A DNA stretch of 64,000 nt, from positions 158,907 to 222,906 of the IMG/VR virus record IMGVR_UViG_3300013233_000093. The stretch is one strand, 5' to 3'. The position numbers and the translations under genes were made by a program. How positions within the stretch are numbered: position 1 is the first letter of the stretch; each line of letters opens with the position of its first letter. The notes under the pieces are model-generated. The model had not been told where the DNA came from and made no database searches. It was given only the letters and a program-made list of their open reading frames with translations. Below are positions 26,480 to 35,965 of the stretch, piece after piece.

Positions 26480-28213
26480 TTAACCCAGCACGTGTACTAA
26501 GCCGGTGTTCAAACCAGCCGCGTCGTTCCCTGTGCTACCGGCCAACCCACGAATGCCAGACAAGTCAACAGACACGTCGTGTCCGAAACTGTCCCCGCTC
26601 AGTGAACTGGCTGATACGATAGACGCAGTGTTGCCCCAGACAGAAGCTGTATTTAGATACACTAAAACCATGCCTGTTTCAACGGCTGCGTTATCTTGAA
26701 ACGGAGCGCCAACAAGTAACGTCAAACCGTCACCTGATAGTGCCACCGAGGTCCCAAAGTTTGCACCCAGCTCAACGGTGGGCGCTTCTATCTTTGTAAC
26801 TGCAGTCCATACGGACGTTGTGTTACTGTAAATGTACACACCACCGGCACCGGCCAGTGTAGCGTCATCTGCATTAGCGCCAATGGCACACGTAAGCCCG
26901 TCGTTTGAGATGGACACCGCAAAGCCAAAGTGATCGTTAGCGGTTACGCTTAGATCTGTCAATTCAGACGTAAGGCTCCATGCACCAGCAGCCAGTGTGT
27001 ATACTTCCGCTTTACCTGCACCTACTCCTGCAGTAGAGTCATAGGGAGACCCCACTACCAGATTGTTGGCGAGGCCGTCGACGTCGACTGCGTGACCAAA
27101 GTACCCGTCAGCGATAGCCACTGGCGGTGCAATACCTGCGGTCTGTGTCCACACACCTAAGGCGTCTTTCGTGAACACGTACACATAGCCCGCCGTCGTG
27201 ACCGGGATCACGCCCACTGTTTTAGTAGGTGATCCAATTACCACGCAGTTACCTGCGGTGTTTACACTCACACTGTAGCCGAACCATCCGATGTCTGTGT
27301 GATCCAATGGCACCAGTGATGTATCCAGTGTCCAGACACTGCCTGTGCGTTTATACACATGTACCGCACCAGCACCGACTACGTTATTGACATTACTGTT
27401 ACCATACGCACCCACGGTTAAAACATCGCCCGTTTCGTTAAGAGACACGTCACAACCAAAGTATGCGCTGGCTTGTCCAAGCGGATGCATGAGTTTTTCT
27501 TTCTCTACCCAAATACCTGCGACTTGTTCATAAAGAAACACGGCGCCTGAGTCTAGTCCGAGTGTGTCGTCCAGATACATACCTACAGCTGCGTACACGC
27601 CGTTTCCAGAGATAGCAGTGGCATTGCCATACTGACCGCCTAAAGACGGCGTAGAGGGCACCAGCGTCCCTACAGTGCCTGTGATGTCCAACGCTTCCAC
27701 GGTGAACGACGTCACAGGACCAAACTCAGAGACCACGCCGTTACTGCCTTCGTAACTTACACGAGCAAAGTATTGAGTGGTGGCGTTTAGTGTAACGCCC
27801 AGCGCACCCAAATCCACTGTGTTACTGGTACTCACGGTTCTACCACTGTCGTACACTACGTTGGTAAATGTAACGTCTAACGCAAGCACCAGGCGATAAG
27901 CCACTTGGGTGTCTGAGTTATAGTTTACATCCACGCCCGTAAAGGAAGACAGTGTGATGATTGGAGAGGGCACTACGTTTAACGCACCGTTAACTGGCAC
28001 CGTTACCTTGGGAGGCGCCACGCCTGTTAAGATAGACGAGGTAATCGCCTGACCACCGGGTGTACTGCCGTCGTGAATGTGAATCACGGGCGCCGCTGTA
28101 TCGGTATAATCAATCACCATTTCATTTAGAGGACCTGTGTAGGCGCCGTTAGCGCCTGCCGTAAACGTGCGTTTCCACAGCCACGGCTCGGTCATTTGTT
28201 TTTCGCCAGCCAT
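26480..28213 (-). CDS. Tail fibre/adhesin: Mtd_N-like + FN3-like + FG-GAP propeller
   Basis: YTGPLNEMVID...IHDGSTPGG; QYFARVSY; seven (F/Y)G..V.lS..G...vGA blades. Confidence 0.85.
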   Translation of the reverse strand: MAGEKQMTEPWLWKRTFTAGANGAYTGPLNEMVIDYTDTAAPVIHIHDGSTPGGQAITSSILTGVAPPKVTVPVNGALNVVPSPIITLSSFTGVDVNYNSDTQVAYRLVLALDVTFTNVVYDSGRTVSTSNTVDLGALGVTLNATTQYFARVSYEGSNGVVSEFGPVTSFTVEALDITGTVGTLVPSTPSLGGQYGNATAISGNGVYAAVGMYLDDTLGLDSGAVFLYEQVAGIWVEKEKLMHPLGQASAYFGCDVSLNETGDVLTVGAYGNSNVNNVVGAGAVHVYKRTGSVWTLDTSLVPLDHTDIGWFGYSVSVNTAGNCVVIGSPTKTVGVIPVTTAGYVYVFTKDALGVWTQTAGIAPPVAIADGYFGHAVDVDGLANNLVVGSPYDSTAGVGAGKAEVYTLAAGAWSLTSELTDLSVTANDHFGFAVSISNDGLTCAIGANADDATLAGAGGVYIYSNTTSVWTAVTKIEAPTVELGANFGTSVALSGDGLTLLVGAPFQDNAAVETGMVLVYLNTASVWGNTASIVSASSLSGDSFGHDVSVDLSGIRGLAGSTGNDAAGLNTGLVHVLG

Positions 28214-28222
28214 TAACCTCTC

Positions 28223-29902
28223 CTAAGCGTATGTGTATACCGCACCGGCTTCGTTACCGTTAGTGCCTTCACCGAAAGCACCCACTGCACCGACAGAACC
28301 GTCTGCTGATAATGATGTTGAAATACCCACGTAATCGTAGGACGTTGCGTTACTTGCGGAAACAGAGGTGCCAGCTTGCACCCACGTGCCTGTGGCTTTA
28401 GAGAAAATACTAAAGTCACCTGCGTACACGTTAGCCCCATACGCACCTGCAATGATTAACAGCCCGTCACCTGAGATGGCAACCGAACGACCAAACGCAT
28501 CGCTTGCAGATAACCCGGAAGGCACCAGTCGTGTACCACTGTCCCATGCACCGTTAACGGTATCGTAAGTGAATACGTATATCGCGCCTGCAGAAGTCGC
28601 AGTGGCATCTTCACCGTACGCACCGATTACAACAGTATTACCGTCAGTAGACGAATCCACCGAGTAACCAAAGTATCCGTAAAGCTCGGGAGTGGGTGGG
28701 TAGAGTACATCGTCTTCGTTATAACCACCACCGCCATCGGGTGAGAATACGAACACGGCACCTGCGTCGGTTTGACCTGCATCGTCGGACAAATAAGCGC
28801 CCACGAACAAGCGTGACGCATCCCCCGCCATAGACACAGACGTCCCAAAGCGATCGCCGGTAGTGGTGTTATTAGCCAACACTTCGTTTTCTTTGCCGTC
28901 TGTAAAATCGCGGTTATCGGGATCCCACGTATAAACAGCACCGCTGGAGTTACCATTAGCTGGATTAAGGTCGGAACCTGCTGCTAACCATAAACCGTCA
29001 TCAGAGATGGATACTGAAATGCCTAACTGGTCATCTTGATTACCCGTAGCCAGCATTTTTACATCTTCACTCCAGTTGTTCCCGCCGCCGCCGTCTAGGA
29101 AGATATAGATAGCGCCTTCTGCGGGAGCATTACCGCCATCGTGCATATAAGCACCAACCGCCAGTACATCACCCACGTCGTTCAACGACACAGAGTAACC
29201 AAAGAAATCGCCAGATTGTGTATCGCTGCCTGTAAATGCCGCGTCCTCGATCCATTTCAAGGTAGGTGCATCCCATTTATAGATATACACCTTACCGCCG
29301 TCAGTACCAGCATCAGTTTGCAAGTACGAACCTACGGCTAATGTCAGTCCATCGGCAGACAATGCCACCGACTGTCCAAAGCGATCGCCGCCAGCAGCAT
29401 CACTGGCGTAAACGATGTCTGTCTCTGTAGACAAGACATCTGCCAATGTGCTAAAGGAAATCACAGGTGACCATGAGGACAACGGTGCAAGGTTGGATTC
29501 ATAGCGCACTTGGATGTAGTACGTAGTACCTTGGATTAACGTAAGTCCTAACGAGGTTAAATCCAACGACGTTAGGTTCGCGGTATCACGGGACGTATCC
29601 ACGACTAACGTGGACATGGCTGCGTCTGTAGCCACTCGCCAGTAAGAGGCCACGTGCGTGCCGTCTCCTGACATTGTACTTGCGGTTACAACAGGAGCAG
29701 TGGTAAACCCACCAGCACCGTCCAGTGGGGAAGTCACGGAAGGAGCTGTAATGGCAAACCCTACTGGGTCTAACGAGACACCACCCGCCACTGTATTTTG
29801 AATCAACAACTGTCCCTTGCCTTCCCGAACAAGCAACTCGCCATACTCGCCTGCTTTAGCGGGCGCTTCTAAGGCAGTCAACGGATGTAGTTTTACTCGC
29901 AT
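28223..29902 (-). CDS. Tail fibre/adhesin: Mtd_N-like + FN3-like + FG-GAP propeller
   Basis: GELLV; TTYYIQVRY...SSWS; repeated FG.SV.LS.DG..L.VGA. Confidence 0.85.
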   Translation of the reverse strand: MRVKLHPLTALEAPAKAGEYGELLVREGKGQLLIQNTVAGGVSLDPVGFAITAPSVTSPLDGAGGFTTAPVVTASTMSGDGTHVASYWRVATDAAMSTLVVDTSRDTANLTSLDLTSLGLTLIQGTTYYIQVRYESNLAPLSSWSPVISFSTLADVLSTETDIVYASDAAGGDRFGQSVALSADGLTLAVGSYLQTDAGTDGGKVYIYKWDAPTLKWIEDAAFTGSDTQSGDFFGYSVSLNDVGDVLAVGAYMHDGGNAPAEGAIYIFLDGGGGNNWSEDVKMLATGNQDDQLGISVSISDDGLWLAAGSDLNPANGNSSGAVYTWDPDNRDFTDGKENEVLANNTTTGDRFGTSVSMAGDASRLFVGAYLSDDAGQTDAGAVFVFSPDGGGGYNEDDVLYPPTPELYGYFGYSVDSSTDGNTVVIGAYGEDATATSAGAIYVFTYDTVNGAWDSGTRLVPSGLSASDAFGRSVAISGDGLLIIAGAYGANVYAGDFSIFSKATGTWVQAGTSVSASNATSYDYVGISTSLSADGSVGAVGAFGEGTNGNEAGAVYTYA

Positions 29903-29912
29903 GACATCTCCC

Positions 29913-30623
29913 CTAAAGCGCTAAAGCATCTGCAATAGCTGTGGTAAAACGCTGTGATACGTTAATGTCTTGTAACGCAGGAAGATCTCCTGTGGAGACC
30001 GCCAAGTTCATCTGGATCTCCAACTCACCACGCACCTTATAACCCAGTGCGTAACGAGTAAGGATCGCACGATACAGCTCAGTAGCCGCAGTGCTGTCCG
30101 CGATGTCCAAAGAAGCAGATGCATTACGATCCGCCAGATGTCCTGGTGTGTTTAGATTGACTACTGCTTTGGCACGCCAAGTAGTGGCGGCTGCCCAGCC
30201 TGCAGTAAAGGCATCCATCAGATCTTTCGCGTCAGACTTAGCCGCGCCGTCGTGTGAGATCATCACTCCGCTGTAAGGCAGTCGAGTGGTGATGTACCGT
30301 TTATGCACGGCTTTCAACTCACGCAGTTTTACGTCCAACAACTCTTCGGCAGTCATATCCACTGCACTGTAGTTGATTGTAATGGTTGAATCGTTTTCTT
30401 CTCTACCGATCACCCGTAGACGTTGGTTTGGGCTTACAGGCGGCTTATTAGCCACGACCTGTTTTACAACCAGATGGTCTCCGATGGCAGCGCCACCGTG
30501 GATGGATCCTGGCACCAGGTTAGGGTCAATGCCGTTTCGTGCAGCCAGGTCACGCACTGCGATGGGATCGTATTCCACAGGACCCATAACACGTTTACCA
30601 CTTCTAAAAATTTCGCACAACAC
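29913..30623 (-). CDS. Probable tail fibre assembly protein (DUF4376-like)
   Basis: Between fibre genes; LLDVKLRELKA...TWR helical C-half. Confidence 0.5.
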   Translation of the reverse strand: MLCEIFRSGKRVMGPVEYDPIAVRDLAARNGIDPNLVPGSIHGGAAIGDHLVVKQVVANKPPVSPNQRLRVIGREENDSTITINYSAVDMTAEELLDVKLRELKAVHKRYITTRLPYSGVMISHDGAAKSDAKDLMDAFTAGWAAATTWRAKAVVNLNTPGHLADRNASASLDIADSTAATELYRAILTRYALGYKVRGELEIQMNLAVSTGDLPALQDINVSQRFTTAIADALAL

Positions 30624-30635
30624 GTTATACCACTC

Positions 30636-32354
30636 CTATCCGAATAAAATAACACCGCCGCCGTTTACAACGACGCTTGCATCTGATGCAGCACCTGCTG
30701 CTAATGTATCGCCACGATCGCTTACCGCCAGAGAACTGCCCAGCTTACCGCTGGCACCTACTGTGGTGCTGGTTAAGGTCACGGTCTCTATCCAGTTATT
30801 GGACAGATCTTTACTGAACATATAGATACTGCCCGCATCCACGCCGCCTGCTACTGTGTCTTTAAGACGCGCAGATACGAAGAGTTGGTCGCTGGTGGAT
30901 GTGAACACAAGCGCACCGCCAAAGGCATCGCCGAGTACGGTGGTCGCGGGCTTTAACAATCCATATTCTGTCCAGACACTGTTAATGTCCTTTCTATACA
31001 AATGCACTGTCCCTGTCTCTGTGCCGATCCCGCCTTCAGTGGGTGCGCCTACAGCGATCACACTGGCATCCGGACTGATGCAGACACTAAGGCCAAACTG
31101 TCCGTCTGCTTGTGGTGTAGACGATGTCAACGCGACTTCCGTCCACACACCTAAGACTTGCTCAAACACATACGCATCACCGGTCTTACCGGATGCTGCT
31201 CCGTGATATGTACCAATCACAATTACTTTCTTGTCATCCGACACACTTAGAGAGTACCCGAACTGTGCGGCTGTGACTTGTACCGCAGGCGTTAACACAC
31301 CTTTGTTATACCAGTCGTTTGCAGCATCCACTTCAAAGATTTGTGCAGTGCCCAGGGCGGTTGAATTACGCTCACCCACCACGACCATTGTGCCGTCAGA
31401 AGACACAGTCAGTGAACTGCCAAATAACGCAGATGCCACAGGAGTGTTAGACACCACTGTTTTCTCTAGTGTGTATGCGCCGTTTACTCTACGGTAGATA
31501 TGCACTTGTCCTGCGTTAGTGACCACGGAGCCGTTTACCACTGGATCTCCCAGTGCTTCAGATATAACAAGTACTTGTCCGTCATTAGACATGGCCATGG
31601 CCTGTCCAAAGTAACTGTATGTTACACCGGCGGGTGAGAAGATGCGTTGTGTCTCCACGTAAGCGTTGTTTACCAATTCACTGATATAGACAGATCCAGT
31701 ATCAATGATGGCGTTACCGTCTTCGTATGGCGCTCCTGTGGCCATAATGCTGCCATCGCCAGAGAGGGCTACTGAAGAACCAAAGAAATCATCTGCTGCT
31801 GCATCGGACGCCACAACGTGTGCTAATTCAGCTGTGGGATACGCCAACGCTACGGTAAAGCTTACAGGCGCACTCCAGTCAGACATTACCCCTGCAATAG
31901 AAGTATACCGCACTCTAGCGTAATACGTACCTACTGATAGTGGCGAGTTAAGACTGGCTACATCGAACTGCGTTAAAGCAGTATAAGACTCTGGTATATT
32001 AGCTACCAGGTTTTTCATTGTTACGTCGGTGGCGATTTCCCAAAAGGCAGTGGCTTGCTGTGCTACAGATTTATCACTGTTGATTCCTTCGAAAGGAACT
32101 GCAGATAACATAGGTTCTGGATGCACGCCTGTACTGCCTTCCACAGGCGTCACCATGATGGGTGTTACTACACCACCAATGCCAGTGCCCATCGCCGGAT
32201 AACCGCCTGGTGTAACGCCGTCACCCAAGCGTAAGCGAGGGGTGATATCACGACGATCTACAAACAACTCATCCTTTAACTGGATGTTGTTGAATAAGTC
32301 CGTCGCGTTAAACGAGTTTAAAACTACCGGCTGTGTTAAGAATACAGTAGGCAT
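30636..32354 (-). CDS. Tail fibre/adhesin: Mtd_N-like + FN3-like + FG-GAP propeller
   Basis: LRLGDGVTPGG; GTYYARVRY...SDWS; FFGSSVALSGDG...GAP repeats. Confidence 0.85.
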   Translation of the reverse strand: MPTVFLTQPVVLNSFNATDLFNNIQLKDELFVDRRDITPRLRLGDGVTPGGYPAMGTGIGGVVTPIMVTPVEGSTGVHPEPMLSAVPFEGINSDKSVAQQATAFWEIATDVTMKNLVANIPESYTALTQFDVASLNSPLSVGTYYARVRYTSIAGVMSDWSAPVSFTVALAYPTAELAHVVASDAAADDFFGSSVALSGDGSIMATGAPYEDGNAIIDTGSVYISELVNNAYVETQRIFSPAGVTYSYFGQAMAMSNDGQVLVISEALGDPVVNGSVVTNAGQVHIYRRVNGAYTLEKTVVSNTPVASALFGSSLTVSSDGTMVVVGERNSTALGTAQIFEVDAANDWYNKGVLTPAVQVTAAQFGYSLSVSDDKKVIVIGTYHGAASGKTGDAYVFEQVLGVWTEVALTSSTPQADGQFGLSVCISPDASVIAVGAPTEGGIGTETGTVHLYRKDINSVWTEYGLLKPATTVLGDAFGGALVFTSTSDQLFVSARLKDTVAGGVDAGSIYMFSKDLSNNWIETVTLTSTTVGASGKLGSSLAVSDRGDTLAAGAASDASVVVNGGGVILFG

Positions 32355-32364
32355 GACTACTCCT

Positions 32365-32571
32365 TTACTTAGGTTTACCGCCCCCTACAAAAAAGGCAGT
32401 GCCGTTACAAAATTTCTGCACTGAGCTAACAAAGCCGTACAGCTGAGAGATCGTTAACGCTCTTTCCTTAGGCGGTAAGCCGTTAAGCCGATCTGTCAAT
32501 TTAGACATGTAATCCGCACCTTTATAGAAGTGATCGGAAAAGGCCTCTCGTGTTCTGTTGGCGGGCATCAT
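32365..32571 (-). CDS. Hypothetical protein
   Basis: ATGA overlap with upstream ORF. Confidence 0.5.
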   Translation of the reverse strand: MMPANRTREAFSDHFYKGADYMSKLTDRLNGLPPKERALTISQLYGFVSSVQKFCNGTAFFVGGGKPK

Positions 32572-32774
32572 ACGATTTGCTCCAGCTTCACATAGTAGGG
32601 CTGTAAGAATTTGGTTTGTTCGGAAAACCACCGCAACGTGTCTTTATCGGTTATTTCTGCATCCGATAGTGCAGCGGCAGCGTCACCCAACAGGTATAAT
32701 ACTCTGGCTATCTCGTCTATTAGTGCAGTCGGGGTATTTAAACTGCCGAGATCTTTAAATCCAATATTAGTCAT
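32568..32774 (-). CDS. Hypothetical protein
   Basis: Fills the gap after the terminator; weak RBS. Confidence 0.45.
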   Translation of the reverse strand: MTNIGFKDLGSLNTPTALIDEIARVLYLLGDAAAALSDAEITDKDTLRWFSEQTKFLQPYYVKLEQIV

Positions 32775-32776
32775 AA

Positions 32777-32810
32777 GCATAAAAAAGCCGGGGGGCGTTA
32801 GCCCCCCGAC
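32777..32810 (-). terminator. Intrinsic terminator
   Basis: CGGGGGGC-4nt-GCCCCCCG then TTTTTTATGC on - strand. Confidence 0.85.
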
Positions 32811-32837
32811 CCTCCTCAATTAATACTCAATTGATGG

Positions 32838-33851
32838 TTACGCCAAGGCGTCTTTCTCTTCAACGATGATACGGGCGCGCAGAGGCTCGCCCAACACCAA
32901 AGTTGCAGACTTAGCAGTAGGGTCCATTTCAACCTGCACATAGTCGTTCAACCATTTGCCGGTCACTGCGTCTTGGAAGAGCGCATCGACAGACAGGTAG
33001 TTGCCAGACAAGTTATGTGCGAAGCTATGGGTGACCATAGGTGTAGCAGAATCGTACAATGCAACACGGCTGTTCAAGCTGTCTTTCAACACAGCAGCAC
33101 CAGCACCGGCTTCTGCTTTCAGCTCGTTCACAGCACCAACCAAGTCACTGGCAGATGTTTGAAGATCTGCAACAGTACCGATTTCGTTTTCGAGATAAGT
33201 CATGCCATCGCTTAACGCTTGATCGGCAGCGGTGAAGCCATCGGACACAACAGTGCTGAGATCAGAGATCGCAGTAGCGTTGGTTTTGTTGTTAGCATCA
33301 ACTTCGTTAATCGCAGCAACCAGGCTGGATTTGTTAACGGTCGTCAGTGTAGCCAAATCACCGATAGCGGTGGTGATGGTGGTAAGCTTAGCTTCCACTT
33401 CACCCAACGTATCCATCGCAGTCGTAGCAGTACCAAGGATCTGTTGATCCAAGCTGGCGATGCTGGTGTTTACCAATGTTTCCAGGGTGGTAGCGATGTT
33501 AGGATCGTTGTTGATGGCAGCGGCCAGTGTTTCCAGAGTCGCCAGAGCGGTAGGTGCATTACCCACAACGTCAGCGATCACTTTACGGAAAGAACCAGCA
33601 GTGACATCATCGCCATTAATGACGTTGACCACAGATTCCAGAGCCAGTACATCAGCTTCGGTAGCGAAGGTTTGGACGACGATAGCGCCAGCGCTGTCCA
33701 GAGAGCTCAAACGCATGACTTTATCAGTGTCGTTATACCAAATACGACCTGCTACCACAGGGGTAGGATCGGCCGCTAAGCGTTCGACGTTCAGGTTGTT
33801 GATGGTTTCAGAACCGATAATTTCCATGCCGTGCATACGTGCATAAGCCAT
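32838..33851 (-). CDS. Coiled-coil fibre/whisker protein
   Basis: ALATLETLAAAINNDPN and IGDLATLTTVNKSSLVAAINEV fibre motifs; own terminator. Confidence 0.75.
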   Translation of the reverse strand: MAYARMHGMEIIGSETINNLNVERLAADPTPVVAGRIWYNDTDKVMRLSSLDSAGAIVVQTFATEADVLALESVVNVINGDDVTAGSFRKVIADVVGNAPTALATLETLAAAINNDPNIATTLETLVNTSIASLDQQILGTATTAMDTLGEVEAKLTTITTAIGDLATLTTVNKSSLVAAINEVDANNKTNATAISDLSTVVSDGFTAADQALSDGMTYLENEIGTVADLQTSASDLVGAVNELKAEAGAGAAVLKDSLNSRVALYDSATPMVTHSFAHNLSGNYLSVDALFQDAVTGKWLNDYVQVEMDPTAKSATLVLGEPLRARIIVEEKDALA

Positions 33852-33922
33852 AGGTAAATCCTTGAAGTGTTTGAAGCAAAAAGAAGATTACTCCCACTCC
33901 GCGGCCTCTCCACAGGGTGACG

Positions 33923-34144
33923 TTAGCCCCCCTTTACGATACTCTTCAATCCCAACAAGTTGATGTCCACACGTCTAGACTTAGAGTTAGCGTGCAAGAT
34001 CACCCACTTGGATTTTGAGATAGGAGACTCGAAAATGAAATTCGGATCTTTGTAATCCACAAACACCGTTTCCGGATGTTCATTGATGTACGCAGCCAAA
34101 TGCATATTCCGAGAAGGTATCACGATTCGATGTAAATCACTCAT
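33923..34144 (-). CDS. Small hypothetical protein (DUF5659-like)
   Basis: NMHLAAYI motif; GGAG RBS before MSDLH. Confidence 0.6.
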   Translation of the reverse strand: MSDLHRIVIPSRNMHLAAYINEHPETVFVDYKDPNFIFESPISKSKWVILHANSKSRRVDINLLGLKSIVKGG

Positions 34145-34244
34145 GATGGAACTCCACATATTATTAAACAAAACCTCACCGAATATGTGACCGTTTCATA
34201 ATTATCTCCATGTACGAAACAACCTTTACGTCCAGCTAAGGGTT

Positions 34245-35963
34245 TTACGGTAATGTACCGCAGTCTATGATGTCATTAATCGTCATCAAGTCTGCGACGT
34301 TTACCGCACCAAGCACCGTCGTTGCCGCCAGTGCATCAGTTAGTGCCTGAGGCAGAAGCGCTGTCACAGCTGCAGTAGCAGCGGGTGCTAATTTAGCGTC
34401 CACCTCGGCGGTTACAGCAGCAGGTAAGTCTGCAGCAAGTTGCGTGGTAATCAAACCTGGCAATGTCAATGCTACAGTGTCTGCTACTTGTGTGCCAATG
34501 ACTGCTTGAATGGCTCCGGGCAACTGTACAGTCACCTCTGCCGTCACAGCCGCTGGCATGTTTGCGTTCAACAGATTTACCAACTCAGTCGTGAGCTGTC
34601 GCGTTACTTCAGCAGTCACCGCTGTGGATAACTGTAAAGTAACTTCTGTTTGAATGCTGTTGCTGATTTGATTCGTTACTTCCGTGCCCACCAGTGTAGC
34701 CAGGTTCAAAGCCAGGTAATCGGACACTGCAGTGGCCACAGACGAGCCAATCGTGTTTGTGATTACCGTGGTGATGTTAGCAAGATCCAATACCATTGCT
34801 GGTGTGATGTCTTGTAACTGCTGGGGTAAGTTGGTTGCGATGTTCAACGTAGTAATTGCGTCGTTTACCGCTGTGATTGCGGCGGCGCTCATTAGCGGCG
34901 GCAGATCAGTCAACTTAAACGTCGTCATAGACTGCGTTACGGTTGTGTTGATCGCATCCGGTATGGTCGTGGCCATAATGGGCGTCAACGCAACAGACAA
35001 TGCAGCGGACACTTCGTTTGTTACCGTAGACGCCAGCGCCTGTAAGTTGGTGACGTCTGTAGGCGTAATCAACTCAATGTGTGCAGGGATGTTAATTGGC
35101 GGGATGTACGTCGTTAACGCGGCTTGTACTGCAGTGTTAACCTGGTTAGGTATAGTGACGTCAAAGTTAAGTGCGGTCAATGCCGCGTTTACCGTTGTAT
35201 TCACCGCACCCGTAATGTCAGCTGCAACCAAAGAAGCAGAAACCGCGTTAGCGACTTGCGAAGGCAATGTAACATTGACAATGTCGTTCGTGGCTAATAA
35301 AATCTTATCCGCGATAGACGAATCAATACCTGCAGCGGCGATGGCCAAAGAAACTTGTGCCACAACCTTACCCGCTAAGTCTTCCGCAAGTAACTGTGCA
35401 GTCACCTCTGTTGTAACTGCTGGTGTAATGGCGGTAGCAAGAACACCCGTCAGTACACGGTTTACTTCAGCCGTTACCTTAGCGGGGATATCTTGCAGTA
35501 CAACAGTGTCTGTAACCATTCCTGGTAGATTGGCCAGTGCCAGAGTCGTGGTGACCTTTGTGCCAATCGCAACATCGATTTCATTCGCCAACGCCAACTG
35601 CAAAGACGATGTTACATTAGCAGTCACTGCCGCTGTAATCAACGCATTGAGGTTGGCCAGGTCTGCTGCTTGCGCGACCGTAATAGCACCGATGTGTGTG
35701 GGTAGGATTGTCGTTAAGTCAATCAGTCCCATCGCAGTAGCGACTGCTGTATCCACCGTGGTGGCGATACCGGCTAAGGCATTAACCACATCTACAGATA
35801 ACAGGCCTAGGTTAATCCAGGTCTTGCCTGCAACGGCAGGATTATACCACAACTCGCCAGTTACTGTAATGAGCGCAGGCAGTGCAGGGTCTGTCGTGGG
35901 CACTGCTGGATAATCCGGCAGTGAAAATGGAGCTTGAAACTCCAGTGGTGATAAAACTAACAT
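34245..35963 (-). CDS. Ala/Val/Thr/Leu-rich long helical fibre protein
   Basis: AVTAEVTxQL repeats; C-terminal IDCG; AGGAG RBS. Confidence 0.75.
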   Translation of the reverse strand: MLVLSPLEFQAPFSLPDYPAVPTTDPALPALITVTGELWYNPAVAGKTWINLGLLSVDVVNALAGIATTVDTAVATAMGLIDLTTILPTHIGAITVAQAADLANLNALITAAVTANVTSSLQLALANEIDVAIGTKVTTTLALANLPGMVTDTVVLQDIPAKVTAEVNRVLTGVLATAITPAVTTEVTAQLLAEDLAGKVVAQVSLAIAAAGIDSSIADKILLATNDIVNVTLPSQVANAVSASLVAADITGAVNTTVNAALTALNFDVTIPNQVNTAVQAALTTYIPPINIPAHIELITPTDVTNLQALASTVTNEVSAALSVALTPIMATTIPDAINTTVTQSMTTFKLTDLPPLMSAAAITAVNDAITTLNIATNLPQQLQDITPAMVLDLANITTVITNTIGSSVATAVSDYLALNLATLVGTEVTNQISNSIQTEVTLQLSTAVTAEVTRQLTTELVNLLNANMPAAVTAEVTVQLPGAIQAVIGTQVADTVALTLPGLITTQLAADLPAAVTAEVDAKLAPAATAAVTALLPQALTDALAATTVLGAVNVADLMTINDIIDCGTLP

Positions 35964-35965
35964 GT

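Noticed and set aside
26480-32354. Diversity-generating retroelement suggested by Mtd_N-like domains
   Set aside because: No reverse transcriptase, C-type lectin tip or TR/VR pair seen in this window
34732-35913. 393-aa antisense ORF (also 33219, 41456, 48156, 50308)
   Set aside because: Explained by codon bias of the sense genes; no RBS or motifs
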